NCBI GenBank assembly: GCA_037446815.1
Contig: JBBIHX010000013.1
Coordinates: forward strand, 1-35,528
Direction of reading: 5' to 3'
Source of the DNA: Caldilineae bacterium
GTDB taxonomy: Bacteria > Chloroflexota > Anaerolineae > DTLA01
DNA: 35,528 nt
Below are positions 17,074 to 25,792 of the stretch, piece after piece. Both the position numbers and the translations under genes were made by a program. The notes beneath the pieces are model-generated. The model was not told the DNA's origin. It saw nothing but the letters and a program-made list of their open reading frames with translations, and did not search any database. Numbering within the stretch: the stretch's first letter is position 1; each line of letters opens with the position of its first letter.

Positions 17074-17286
17074 CTAATTGCGCCTCTCCAGCGTCAGTTT
17101 GAAGCCGTCGCCCGATGGCTCAACGCGCACGTTGAGACCGAAGCGTTCGGCCATGCGCCGCACGTTCTCGCGCGAGGTTACGGTGTCCACCAGGACTTCT
17201 ACGGGGAATTGTCCTTTGTCAACGGCTTGCTTGGCCAGCATAACCGGCTGCGGGCACGAGAGTCCGCGTGCGTCCACAGTAACCAT
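17074..17286 (-). CDS. TusA/YedF-family carrier protein
   Basis: MVTVDARGLSCPQPV; GGAGGTG RBS; directly after yedE. Confidence 0.88.
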   Translation of the reverse strand: MVTVDARGLSCPQPVMLAKQAVDKGQFPVEVLVDTVTSRENVRRMAERFGLNVRVEPSGDGFKLTLERRN

Positions 17287-17287
17287 T

Positions 17288-18415
17288 TTACACCTCCGAG
17301 GTTGTTTTGGCGCGCATCGTGAAGCCGATGAGCATGCAGAGCACAAGCCCGATGATGACTGCCCACTGGCCATAGGGCGTGAGGCCACCCACCTTGACCA
17401 CGCCATCCACGACCGTATCGGGCGTGCCCGCCAGCGCGAAGTTGTGCGAGAACCCGGCTCCGACGATCATGCCGATGACGAAGATGCCGGCGTCGCCGTC
17501 GCCCTCACCGGCCAGAAACAGCTGTCGTCCGGGGCACCCGCCTGCCAGTGCGAAGGCCAGCCCGGCCAGGGACATGCCCAGGAAGTTCCACAAGTGGCTA
17601 GAATGGGCCGTAGGCTGGGGCGAGAAGCCGACCTTCACCTGGCCCAACGCCAGGTTCGTGAGGAACGCAACCACGAGGAGCGCGCCGACGCCGCTGATAA
17701 GGTGGGTGTCGCGCATCAGGATGACATCGCGGATGGAGCCCATGGTGCAGAACCGTGTGCGCTGGGCGAGGAAGCCGATGATGAGGCCCGCTCCCAAGGA
17801 GATCAGGATGGGCGCGTGGAGCGAGCCTGGCCCGCTCTTGCTGAAGAATATTGCGCCATCCTTCGTGAACTGTGGACGCAAGATCAGGAGGAGGAGCAGG
17901 CTCAACATGAAGATTGGCATGATCCAGCCGACAGCGGTGTGGGTCCTTTGGGCGCGGCCCAGGTTATACCCGGCCTTCAGGAACAGCACGCCGACGGTGA
18001 TACCGGCAGTCAGCCCGGCCAGGCCCAGAATCGCGTTCAGGTCCCCGCCCGCCAGTCGCAACAGCGCCCGCCACGGGCAGCCCAGGAACGCCAGGGCGCC
18101 GATCATGGCGAACATCCCCAGGAAGAAGCGGACGATGGGAGCCGAGCCCGCGCGCGGCTTGAACTCCTTGAACAGAAGCGCCGCAATCAAGGAGCCGAGC
18201 ACGAAGGCGATGATCTCCGGGCGGATGTACTGCACCGCAGCGGCTCGGTGCAGCCCCAACGCCCCTGCGATGTCCCGCTCAAAGCAGGCCACGCAGATGC
18301 CCATGTTGGGCGGATTGCCGGCCTTCTGGAGCAGGGGAGCCAGAAGGCCGATGGCTGCCCCGGCCAGGATAATCCCCCAGCGCGAGGCAAAGAAGCGGGT
18401 GAGTCGTTCGGTCAT
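17288..18415 (-). CDS. yedE: YedE-family putative selenium transporter
   Basis: GNPPNMGICVACFERDIAG, YIRPEI, GCPWR, RFCTMG, GGCPGRQ; multi-TM; AGGAGG before ATG 18415. Confidence 0.9.
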   Translation of the reverse strand: MTERLTRFFASRWGIILAGAAIGLLAPLLQKAGNPPNMGICVACFERDIAGALGLHRAAAVQYIRPEIIAFVLGSLIAALLFKEFKPRAGSAPIVRFFLGMFAMIGALAFLGCPWRALLRLAGGDLNAILGLAGLTAGITVGVLFLKAGYNLGRAQRTHTAVGWIMPIFMLSLLLLLILRPQFTKDGAIFFSKSGPGSLHAPILISLGAGLIIGFLAQRTRFCTMGSIRDVILMRDTHLISGVGALLVVAFLTNLALGQVKVGFSPQPTAHSSHLWNFLGMSLAGLAFALAGGCPGRQLFLAGEGDGDAGIFVIGMIVGAGFSHNFALAGTPDTVVDGVVKVGGLTPYGQWAVIIGLVLCMLIGFTMRAKTTSEV

Positions 18416-18473
18416 GGCACGCACCTCCTGTTGATGTATTCTCCACGCGGTCGGATGACGCTCCGCTGTGGGC

Positions 18474-18510
18474 AACAGAAAACCGCTGCCATCACGCGCT
18501 GGCAGCGGCC
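18474..18510 (-). terminator. intrinsic terminator (attenuator) in the yedE leader
   Basis: Minus strand CCGCTGCCA-GCGCGTGA-TGGCAGCGG-TTTTCTGTT about 60 nt before the yedE start. Confidence 0.8.
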
Positions 18511-18533
18511 CAGGAGGTCGCGGCTAGTTGAGC

Positions 18534-18641
18534 CTAGGGCGCGGTTCCGACGCCGCACCCCAGCGCGGGATGGCCGGCCTGTGGGCGCCAACTGGCACCC
18601 AAGGCTATGCCTCATGTGCGGCGACGAACCACCTTGTACAC
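18534..18641 (-). CDS. putative selenocysteine-containing leader peptide MYKVVRRRT-U-GIALGASWRPQAGHPALGCGVGTAP
   Basis: GAGGAG (18654-49), 7 nt, GTG 18641; UGA codon 10 at 18614-12 followed by SECIS-like hairpin; TAG 18536-34 just before the terminator. Confidence 0.7.
18577..18605 (-). promoter_or_regulatory. bacterial SECIS-like hairpin in the leader peptide
   Basis: GCCT-TGGGTGCC-AGTT-GGCGCCCA-c-AGGC; loop GU at +20/+21 from the UGA. Confidence 0.7.
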
Positions 18642-18691
18642 GTTGGCTCTCCTCGTCCGATTTTCCGGATGGTCTCATTCGGTCTGGGGTG

Positions 18692-18719
18692 ATTATAGCA
18701 CGCTCTGGGCAAAATGCAA
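18692..18719 (-). promoter_or_regulatory. promoter of the yedE operon
   Basis: TTGCAT-16nt-TATAAT with TG extension. Confidence 0.72.
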
Positions 18720-18738
18720 CTTCATCCGTCGCCGGCGT

Positions 18739-18879
18739 CGGTTTCATCTTGTGTTGGTGAAAAGCATGAGCACTCTCCTCGTGTGTCGTTGCGAGCGAAG
18801 CGAAGCAACCTCACGCCCCGGGGATTGCTTCGGGCGCTCCGCGCCCTCGCAATGACAAATACCACAGACTTTGAAACCG
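18739..18879 (+). repeat. about 141-bp MITE/REP-like element, copy C
   Basis: Termini CGGTTTCA...TGAAACCG; partial copy also at about 47-94. Confidence 0.88.
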
Positions 18880-18896
18880 TGTCCGTCGCCGGGCGT

Positions 18897-19192
18897 CGGT
18901 TCCATCGCGCCGTAGCCCGCTCCCTCACCCCGACCCTCTCCCGCGCCGCGGGCGAGGGGGCGTGTCTTCACGTGCGACGCACCTCCAAGGTGCGCCGCAC
19001 GTTGGCCCTCCATCTGTCCTGCTGATCTGAAGGCGCAGCATCTCGGTCGGCAAAATGCTTCGCGGCTGGTACGTTTCAGACTGGGGGAGGACTACCGCGC
19101 GGGGTCAACCTCACCCATCCCCACCCAGCCCTCCCCTTCCCTCTCCGCCGGCGGAGAGGGAAGGGGAGGGTATGGGAGGGGTTAGGTGAGGT
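18897..19192. repeat. cluster of REP-like palindromes including a perfect 42-bp palindrome
   Basis: CCCTCACCCCGACCCTCTCCC unit; GTGCGACGCACCT..AGGTGCG..GCAC (also at 992-1020); perfect palindrome 19129-19170. Confidence 0.75.
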
Positions 19193-19219
19193 CAAATTGC
19201 TCTACGGGATTCTCCGGCG

Positions 19220-19248
19220 TTGCGCCCGCCCGCGAGCGGTGCTACAAT
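19220..19248 (+). promoter_or_regulatory. putative promoter
   Basis: TTGCGC-17nt-TACAAT with TG extension. Confidence 0.5.
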
Positions 19249-19297
19249 GCATCCGGTCTCTGGTCGCGCCCCGTATTGTCCAGAGGAGGTGGGCAAG

Positions 19298-21247
19298 ATG
19301 AGACAGGTGCTCACGGGACTGCTCCCCTTGTTGCTTGTGCTCGCTCTGCTCCTGCCATCGGCCCCTGCGCCGGCGGCGGCCCAGGGCCACACCTACTACG
19401 TCGCCACCACCGGCAGCGACGCCACCGGCGATGGCTCGCTGGCCCACCCGTGGGGGACGCCCGGGTACGGCTCGCGGCAACTGAGGCCGGGCGACACGCT
19501 CATCATCCTGGGCGGGCGCTACGTCCTCAGCCGCTACGACGAGGATATCCTCATGCCGCCGTCGGGCACGGCGAACGCCTGGATTACCATCCGCGGCGAG
19601 GCCGGAAACCGTCCCATCCTGGCGGGCCGCGACAACCTGTTCGCCGCCGTCATCCTGGGCGGCACGAGTTACGTGCGGCTGGAGAACCTGGAGATCACCC
19701 ACGACGACCGCGCCACAGGCCAGGCGGCCTGGTTCCGCACCGGCATCAGCATCACCGGCGCGCCATCTGCCCACATCGTCCTCAAGGACTTGTACATTCA
19801 TCACATAGACGAAGGCGGGTTGGATATCCAGGACGTGGATGACCTCCAGGTGCTGGACTCGCGGTTTGAGTACTGCGGGTTCGGTGCGATTCTGGGGCCT
19901 GAGGGCGAGCACGGGGGCGTGCGCAACCTGCTCGTCCGGGGCTGCACCCTGTCCTACGGCGGCCACTACTACCAGGGCGGCGATGGCTCCAACAGGCCCT
20001 ACGACCGCCCCGACGGGTTCGGCATTGAGCCGTCCGCCGGCCCCGTCGCCATTGAGGACACGGTGGCGGCGCACAACTACGGCGACGGACTGGACTCCAA
20101 GGCGGCCAACACAACCATCCGCCGGTGCATCGTGGCCAACAACTCGTGCGACGGCGTGAAACTATGGGGTGGGGGGAGCCGCGTAGAGAACACGCTCATC
20201 TACGGGCGCGGCGACGGCAACCCAACGGTAACGCCGTGGGCCGCCGTTGTCATTGGCACCGAGCAGGCCGGCGCCACGTTTGACCTGGTCAACGTAACAG
20301 TGGACGATACCCTCGGGAACAACTACCTGATGCATGTGCAGTACGACAGCCCCGGCGTGCCCGTTGTTCTCACACTGCGCAACTGCATCTGGCGCGGCGT
20401 GGATGCGCCCATTTGGGTCGCGGGGGCGTCCACCCTCGTCGCTGACCACAACCTGTTCTACTTCCCGGAGAGCCCGGACGCCGTGCTGATTCATGGGAGC
20501 ACGACCTACACGGCTGCCACCATCGGCGGGTTGGGCGCGGGTAGCCTGTACGGCGATCCGAAGTTCGTCGCCCGCGCCTGGGGCACCGACGGCGACTACC
20601 ATCTGCTGGCCGACAGCCCGGGCGTGGACGCCGGAACGGCGAGCGGGGCGCCTTCGGACGATTTGGATGCCAACCCGCGCCCGTCGGGTTCCGCGCCCGA
20701 CCTGGGGGCCTACGAGCGGCAGAGCGGCGCGTCGGTGTCGCTGGCGGCGGGGTGGAACCTGGCGTCGGTGCCCGTGGCGCCCGACAGTACGGCCATCGCC
20801 GATGTGCTGGCATCCATCGCGGGCAAGTACGCCGTCGTGCACGCCTGGGACGCCGCCGCGCAGGGGTGGCGCACGTATAACCCCGCGCTGCCTCCGGAAG
20901 CGAGCACGTTGCACGCCCTGGACGAGAAGACGGCGTTCTGGATTCTGATGACGGAGGCAGCGACGTTGACGGTGGACGGCGCGCCGCCCGCCACTACCGA
21001 CCAGACCCTATTCGTCGGGTGGAACCTGGTGGCGTATCCGTCCGGTGTGGCGCGCCCCGTGGCCGAGGCGCTGGCATCCATCGCGGGCAAGTACACCGTG
21101 GTGTGGGGATACTACGGCGACGAGCCACAGCCATGGAAGCACTACAGCCCTGCTGCGTCCTTCGGCAACGATTTGGCAGAGATGGAGCCGGGCCGCGGGT
21201 ATTGGGTGCGCGCGACCGAGGCGTGCGTGTTGAGGGTAGAGTACTAG
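19298..21247 (+). CDS. secreted right-handed beta-helix (pectin lyase-like) protein with duplicated GWNL C-terminal domain
   Basis: Signal peptide, TYYVATTGSD..GDGS..PW, PGDT, beta-helix repeats, DYHLLADSPGVDAG..D..PR..PDLGAYE; GAGGAGG before ATG 19298. Confidence 0.8.
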   Translation: MRQVLTGLLPLLLVLALLLPSAPAPAAAQGHTYYVATTGSDATGDGSLAHPWGTPGYGSRQLRPGDTLIILGGRYVLSRYDEDILMPPSGTANAWITIRGEAGNRPILAGRDNLFAAVILGGTSYVRLENLEITHDDRATGQAAWFRTGISITGAPSAHIVLKDLYIHHIDEGGLDIQDVDDLQVLDSRFEYCGFGAILGPEGEHGGVRNLLVRGCTLSYGGHYYQGGDGSNRPYDRPDGFGIEPSAGPVAIEDTVAAHNYGDGLDSKAANTTIRRCIVANNSCDGVKLWGGGSRVENTLIYGRGDGNPTVTPWAAVVIGTEQAGATFDLVNVTVDDTLGNNYLMHVQYDSPGVPVVLTLRNCIWRGVDAPIWVAGASTLVADHNLFYFPESPDAVLIHGSTTYTAATIGGLGAGSLYGDPKFVARAWGTDGDYHLLADSPGVDAGTASGAPSDDLDANPRPSGSAPDLGAYERQSGASVSLAAGWNLASVPVAPDSTAIADVLASIAGKYAVVHAWDAAAQGWRTYNPALPPEASTLHALDEKTAFWILMTEAATLTVDGAPPATTDQTLFVGWNLVAYPSGVARPVAEALASIAGKYTVVWGYYGDEPQPWKHYSPAASFGNDLAEMEPGRGYWVRATEACVLRVEY

Positions 21248-21440
21248 GCGCTCTTTTGACACCCTCCACCAAATGCGCTACGCTGTTCCATACCAGGAGC
21301 CTGCACCTGGCACTGCCGCCGCTCCCCTTTGACGCCAGCCTACAGCCACAGGCGCGGTACCTTCCGCGTCGGGATCATCGGCACGGCCCCACCAAGGTCG
21401 CGCCGGCTTTCTACGGAGCAGCGAACAAGGAGGCAGGTGT

Positions 21441-22397
21441 ATGAGAAAACAAGCGTCGGTCATCTGGATGGCCTTCGCGCTGGTTGCGCTGTTGGCCGGG
21501 TGCGGCGGCGGTTCGCCCACGGCGACGCGCGCGCCCGCCGCAGGTATCACAGAACCCGTTGCGACAGCCGCACCCCCCGCCGCGGCTGCCACGAAAGTCG
21601 TTGCGACGCGCGCCCCTGCAACCCAGCCGCGAGCGGATTCCCGGTCAGGTCTTGACCAGTTGGAGATTCTGTGCGCCAATACCGATGCGCTTTTGTACGC
21701 ATATCTGAAGCAGAACAAGGAGATGACCGACCTGGTCAGCCAGTTCATCCGTCTCCAGGCACAGTATAAAGAGGCAAAGACCACACAAGAGAAAGCCAGA
21801 GTCGCGACAGAGTTGAGCGCCCTCGGCCCCAAAATCGGCCTCCAATGGGACGGCAAACAGTGGCTGGTGGTGAACAAGGCCCGATACGACGAATTCATCA
21901 ACATGTCGGCATTGCAGGCGATCTGGACTTGGGCTGCCCCTTACGCCCGGGGTTTTCTCGCGCTCGCCGGGCGCAAACCGCGGGACGTAACCGGGAAGGG
22001 CCTCATCGGCTTGGACATGGGCATGGTGAGGGCGGTCTCTGGGCTAGTGGCGGATGGCGCGGAGGAAGCGCGGCTGGATGAGGTGGAAGACATCCTGCGG
22101 AAAGCGGCCGCCAATCCGTCATCCATGACCACCGATGATATGCTCACCCTCTATGGATTCCAGACACGCTATGTTGGGGCGCTGGAGACGCTGGCTGGTC
22201 TGAAGCGGCTGGATGAAAAGGTGGAGGATGGGCAGATTCGCTTGCCGGATGGGCGCAAATTCTCTGTGGAGAAGAAGGGTGTGTCTGAAAAGAGGTTCAG
22301 TGCGACCGAGAGGTATCTCATTTACACCGAGGATGGCATCCGCATGTTCGTTTGGCAGGTGGTGGACGAGGGCAAATACACCAGCGCAATGAAGTAG
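21441..22397 (+). CDS. hypothetical lipoprotein
   Basis: Lipobox LAG-C, Pro/Ala/Thr-rich linker; AAGGAGG RBS; TTGACA-17-TACGCT at 21256-84. Confidence 0.75.
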   Translation: MRKQASVIWMAFALVALLAGCGGGSPTATRAPAAGITEPVATAAPPAAAATKVVATRAPATQPRADSRSGLDQLEILCANTDALLYAYLKQNKEMTDLVSQFIRLQAQYKEAKTTQEKARVATELSALGPKIGLQWDGKQWLVVNKARYDEFINMSALQAIWTWAAPYARGFLALAGRKPRDVTGKGLIGLDMGMVRAVSGLVADGAEEARLDEVEDILRKAAANPSSMTTDDMLTLYGFQTRYVGALETLAGLKRLDEKVEDGQIRLPDGRKFSVEKKGVSEKRFSATERYLIYTEDGIRMFVWQVVDEGKYTSAMK

Positions 22398-22523
22398 GGC
22401 AAGGGATGGTGTACAGGAAAACTCGCAGCGGAGTAATGAAGAGGCTGCAGAGGGTGGTAGGGTACACGGAACGAATGTCCGCGAACTCTCTGCGTCCTCA
22501 GCGGTGAAAAGGCCGTTGTTTCG

Positions 22524-23591
22524 GTGGCGTTACACATGAACTTTGTAGACTGGCTCCTGGAGCCGAGCAACCCCTCCGTGCGCTACCTTGCGCTGCGTCA
22601 TCTGTTGGGGCGGAGCGAGGACGACGCCGACGTGCGCGAGACGCAGGCGGCCATCCCGGAGTCCCCCGTCGTCCGCCGCATCTTCGCCAGGCAGGCGCCC
22701 GAAGGCCACTGGGGCGATCCGACCGCGCCCTACCTGCCGAAGTACAAGGCCACCTACTGGACGCTTATGCTCCTGGGCCATCTGGGCTTGAGCCGCGACG
22801 ACGAGCGGGTGGGGCGCGCTGCCGAGCATGTGTTCGCGTTCCAGGGCGCGGAGGGCGGGTTTCGCGAGCGGGGGGAGCAGGGGGCGCGGCGCGAATACGC
22901 CCACGTCGCGGAGCGCGCCCGGCAACGCGGCAAGCGGCCCCCGCCCGAGGCCGAGTTCGTCGCCGACTTGCTGCACCAGTCGGTGTTGTCGTGCCTCACG
23001 GGGAACGCGGTCGCGGCGCTGCTGCGCTTGGGGTATGCGGCAGATGCCCGCGTGGGGCGCGCCGTGGACTGGCTAGTGCGCGTGCAGAACGCCGACGGCG
23101 GGTGGCTGTGTCCCTATTGGAAGGCGCACATCCGCGACAAGCACGGGTGCTTCTACGGCACCATCTGCGCCCTGGAGGCGCTGGCGGAGATTCCGCCGCA
23201 CATGCGCACCTCGGCGGTGGACGACGCGGCGGCGCGCGGCGCGGAGTTCCTCCTGATGCACCGCCTGTACAAGGCCGACCATCACGGCTTCGCGGTTATC
23301 AAGCCGCACTGGCTCACGCTGGCGTTCCCGTGGTTCTACGGGTACAATATCCTGCGCGGCCTGTGGGTGCTGGCGCGGCTGGGCTATCGCGACCCGCGCA
23401 TGGAGGACGCGCTGGCCGTGCTCCAAAGCAAGCGAACGACCGACGGCGTGTGGATTCTGGAGAACGCGCCGCAGGGCCGCATGCAGGTCAACCTGGAACA
23501 GGAGGGGCGGCCCAGCAAGTGGGTTACGCTGATGGCATTGTGGGCCATCGGAGGCCGGCCTTGCGGCGATGGTGAGGTTTCGGCGGCATAG
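22524..23591 (+). CDS. prenyltransferase/squalene-cyclase repeat (alpha-alpha toroid) hypothetical protein
   Basis: WLLEPSNPSVRY, QAPEGHW, QNADGGW repeats, PSKWVTL; start may be ATG 22536. Confidence 0.72.
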   Translation: MALHMNFVDWLLEPSNPSVRYLALRHLLGRSEDDADVRETQAAIPESPVVRRIFARQAPEGHWGDPTAPYLPKYKATYWTLMLLGHLGLSRDDERVGRAAEHVFAFQGAEGGFRERGEQGARREYAHVAERARQRGKRPPPEAEFVADLLHQSVLSCLTGNAVAALLRLGYAADARVGRAVDWLVRVQNADGGWLCPYWKAHIRDKHGCFYGTICALEALAEIPPHMRTSAVDDAAARGAEFLLMHRLYKADHHGFAVIKPHWLTLAFPWFYGYNILRGLWVLARLGYRDPRMEDALAVLQSKRTTDGVWILENAPQGRMQVNLEQEGRPSKWVTLMALWAIGGRPCGDGEVSAA

Positions 23592-23658
23592 CGCCCGGCG
23601 CGCCGCGGGAAGCCCTCGCCATCCAAGCGGAGGCTCACGTAACACGAGGAGGAAGCAC

Positions 23659-24609
23659 ATGAAACGCCTGGTTCTTGTTGTGATGCTTGCCCTGGGCCTG
23701 GTCATCGTGGCCGGGGTGCCTGTCGCGGCGCAAGGGGGCGCGCAAGTGGTCGTCGGGCGGGATGTAACCGTTACGGCGATGAGCCCGGTGGCCTCGGACC
23801 TGGTGGTGCTCGGCGGCAACGTGGACATCCAGTTCGGCGGGGTCGTTGAGGGGAATCTCGTGGTGTTCGGCGGGAACGTTACGTGCGCGGGGACCGTGCG
23901 GGGGTATGTTACGGCGTTCGGTGGGAACGTGGCGCTCAAGAGCGGCGCTCTGGTGGAGGGCGACGTGGTAGCAGCCGGGGGCGAGGTAAGCCAGGATCCG
24001 CTCGCCACCGTGCGGGGGCAAGTTCGGTCGGGCTGGGGCGCGTTCGGCGGGGCCGGACTCCCCGCGCTGCCATCGGTCGGCAGGCCCTGGGAATGGCAAT
24101 GGGAGCGCGGGTGGTCCTGGGATGTATTGGGCGGGCTGTTCGGCAAGATGTTGAGCGTGCTGGTGGCCGTCCTGGCCATCGTCTTGCTGCCCGACCGCGT
24201 GCAGCGGGTGCGACAGACCGTGCGCGCCGCGCCGTGGGCCTCGTTGGGCGTGGGGTTCCTGGCCCTGGTGGCAGCCGGGCTTGTGGGCCTGGCGCTGGTT
24301 ATCACCATCTGCCTGGCCATTTTCGGCGCGCTGGTATGGGTGGCGGTATGGGCCGTTGGGATGTTGGGCCTTGCGGCGCTGGGGTTGGAAGTGGGCGAGC
24401 GCATCCTGAAAGGGTTTGGTGCGCAGTCGTTTGCGCCGGCGCTGGCGGTGCTGGTGGGCGCGTTTGTGCTGCTCCTGCTCACGTACCTGCCGTGCTGCAT
24501 CGGCGCGCTGGTTTACCTGGTTGTGGCGTCGCTTGCCGTCGGGGCAGCGATCCTGTCGGGGATGGGCGCGCGGCCGTATGTTCCGCGTCCATCGGCCCCG
24601 TCGGTGTAG
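23659..24609 (+). CDS. membrane protein with N-terminal bactofilin-like (polymer-forming) beta-repeats
   Basis: Signal peptide, repeated G-V-G-[DN]-VV-FGG-V units, several C-terminal TM helices; GAGGAGG before ATG 23659. Confidence 0.75.
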   Translation: MKRLVLVVMLALGLVIVAGVPVAAQGGAQVVVGRDVTVTAMSPVASDLVVLGGNVDIQFGGVVEGNLVVFGGNVTCAGTVRGYVTAFGGNVALKSGALVEGDVVAAGGEVSQDPLATVRGQVRSGWGAFGGAGLPALPSVGRPWEWQWERGWSWDVLGGLFGKMLSVLVAVLAIVLLPDRVQRVRQTVRAAPWASLGVGFLALVAAGLVGLALVITICLAIFGALVWVAVWAVGMLGLAALGLEVGERILKGFGAQSFAPALAVLVGAFVLLLLTYLPCCIGALVYLVVASLAVGAAILSGMGARPYVPRPSAPSV

Positions 24610-24734
24610 GGACGGTCGCGACGCAAGAGCGCGAAAAACGGAGCAAGAGTGAGCAAGAATTTGGCACGCGGGGAGAATTGGAAGCAAGCCCGCAGACCAG
24701 TCTCCCCGTGCGTTTTTTCGGCCAAGGGCCCATT

Positions 24735-24763
24735 TTCGCATTTCGGCGAATCCGTGCTATAAT
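24735..24763 (+). promoter_or_regulatory. nuo operon promoter
   Basis: TTCGCA-17nt-TATAAT with TG extension. Confidence 0.6.
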
Positions 24764-24807
24764 CGCCCCAGGGTTTGTGAACCCTGACACCAACGATGGA
24801 GGTTGGC

Positions 24808-25164
24808 GTGCAAGACAACTACGGCTTCCTCGGCTTGTACCTGCTCATCGCCATTGCCTTCCCCTTTGTGGCTTTGGGCGTGGCGTACCTCCTTCGGCCC
24901 AAACGGCCCGACCCCGTGAAGTCTTCCACATACGAGTGCGGCCTTGAAACCATCGGCGAGACGTGGGTTCAGTTCAAGGCGCAGTACTATCTGTTCGCGC
25001 TCGTGTTCGTGGTGTTTGACGTGGAGACGGTGTTCCTGTACCCGTGGGCGGTGGCCTACAATCAGTTGGGGCTGTTCGCCTTGGTAGAGGCGCTGATCTT
25101 CGTGGGGATTTTGGTCGCGGGCCTGGCCTATGCCTGGCGCAAGGGCGCGCTCCGCTGGATGTAG
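24808..25164 (+). CDS. nuoA: NADH-quinone oxidoreductase subunit A
   Basis: [26 protein letters not shown] start after GGAGG. Confidence 0.95.
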   Translation: MQDNYGFLGLYLLIAIAFPFVALGVAYLLRPKRPDPVKSSTYECGLETIGETWVQFKAQYYLFALVFVVFDVETVFLYPWAVAYNQLGLFALVEALIFVGILVAGLAYAWRKGALRWM

Positions 25165-25202
25165 CGCCCGATTGCGTGGTATCTGTCGCGTTGGGAGAAC
25201 GT

Positions 25203-25724
25203 ATGTTTGAGGATGACGCAATTCCCGTAGAGCAAATTGACCGCAACGTGTTCCTGACCACGGTGGACTGGATTTACAACTGGGGCCGGCAGTATTCCAT
25301 GTGGCCGACGATGTTCGGGTTGGCGTGCTGCGCCATTGAGATGATTGGCGCTTCCACGGCGCGCTACGACATCGCGCGGTTTGGCATGGAGTTCTACCGC
25401 GCATCCCCGCGCCACGCCGACCTGATGATTGTGGCGGGCACCATCACCCACAAGATGGCGCCCCAGGTCAAGCGCATCTGGGACCAGATGCCCGAGCCCA
25501 AGTATTGCCTCGCCATGGGCTCGTGCGCCATCAGCGGCGGCATCTTCAAGTCGTATGCCGTGCTCCAGGGGGCCGACGAGATTCTGCCCGTGGACGTGTA
25601 CGTGCCCGGGTGCCCGCCCCGCCCCGAGGCCCTGTTTGACGGCATCCGCAAGATTCACCAGATGGTGCGCGCCCAGTCCATCAAGACCGTTCGCTGGTAT
25701 CGCAATGAGAAGCAACAAGCCTAG
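25203..25724 (+). CDS. nuoB: NADH-quinone oxidoreductase subunit B
   Basis: [30 protein letters not shown]. Confidence 0.95.
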   Translation: MFEDDAIPVEQIDRNVFLTTVDWIYNWGRQYSMWPTMFGLACCAIEMIGASTARYDIARFGMEFYRASPRHADLMIVAGTITHKMAPQVKRIWDQMPEPKYCLAMGSCAISGGIFKSYAVLQGADEILPVDVYVPGCPPRPEALFDGIRKIHQMVRAQSIKTVRWYRNEKQQA

Positions 25725-25792
25725 CGCCGGCGCACTCGACACGTGCTTTGGCGCTTCTGTTTGCGCTGATGCCTATCCGGAGAGGTAGAGCA

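Noticed and set aside
18416..18690. Known riboswitch (SAM, T-box, Moco) or tRNA-Sec in the yedE leader
   Set aside because: No consensus motifs or cloverleaf recognised; the uORF/SECIS/terminator reading explains the region better. An Rfam search was not run.
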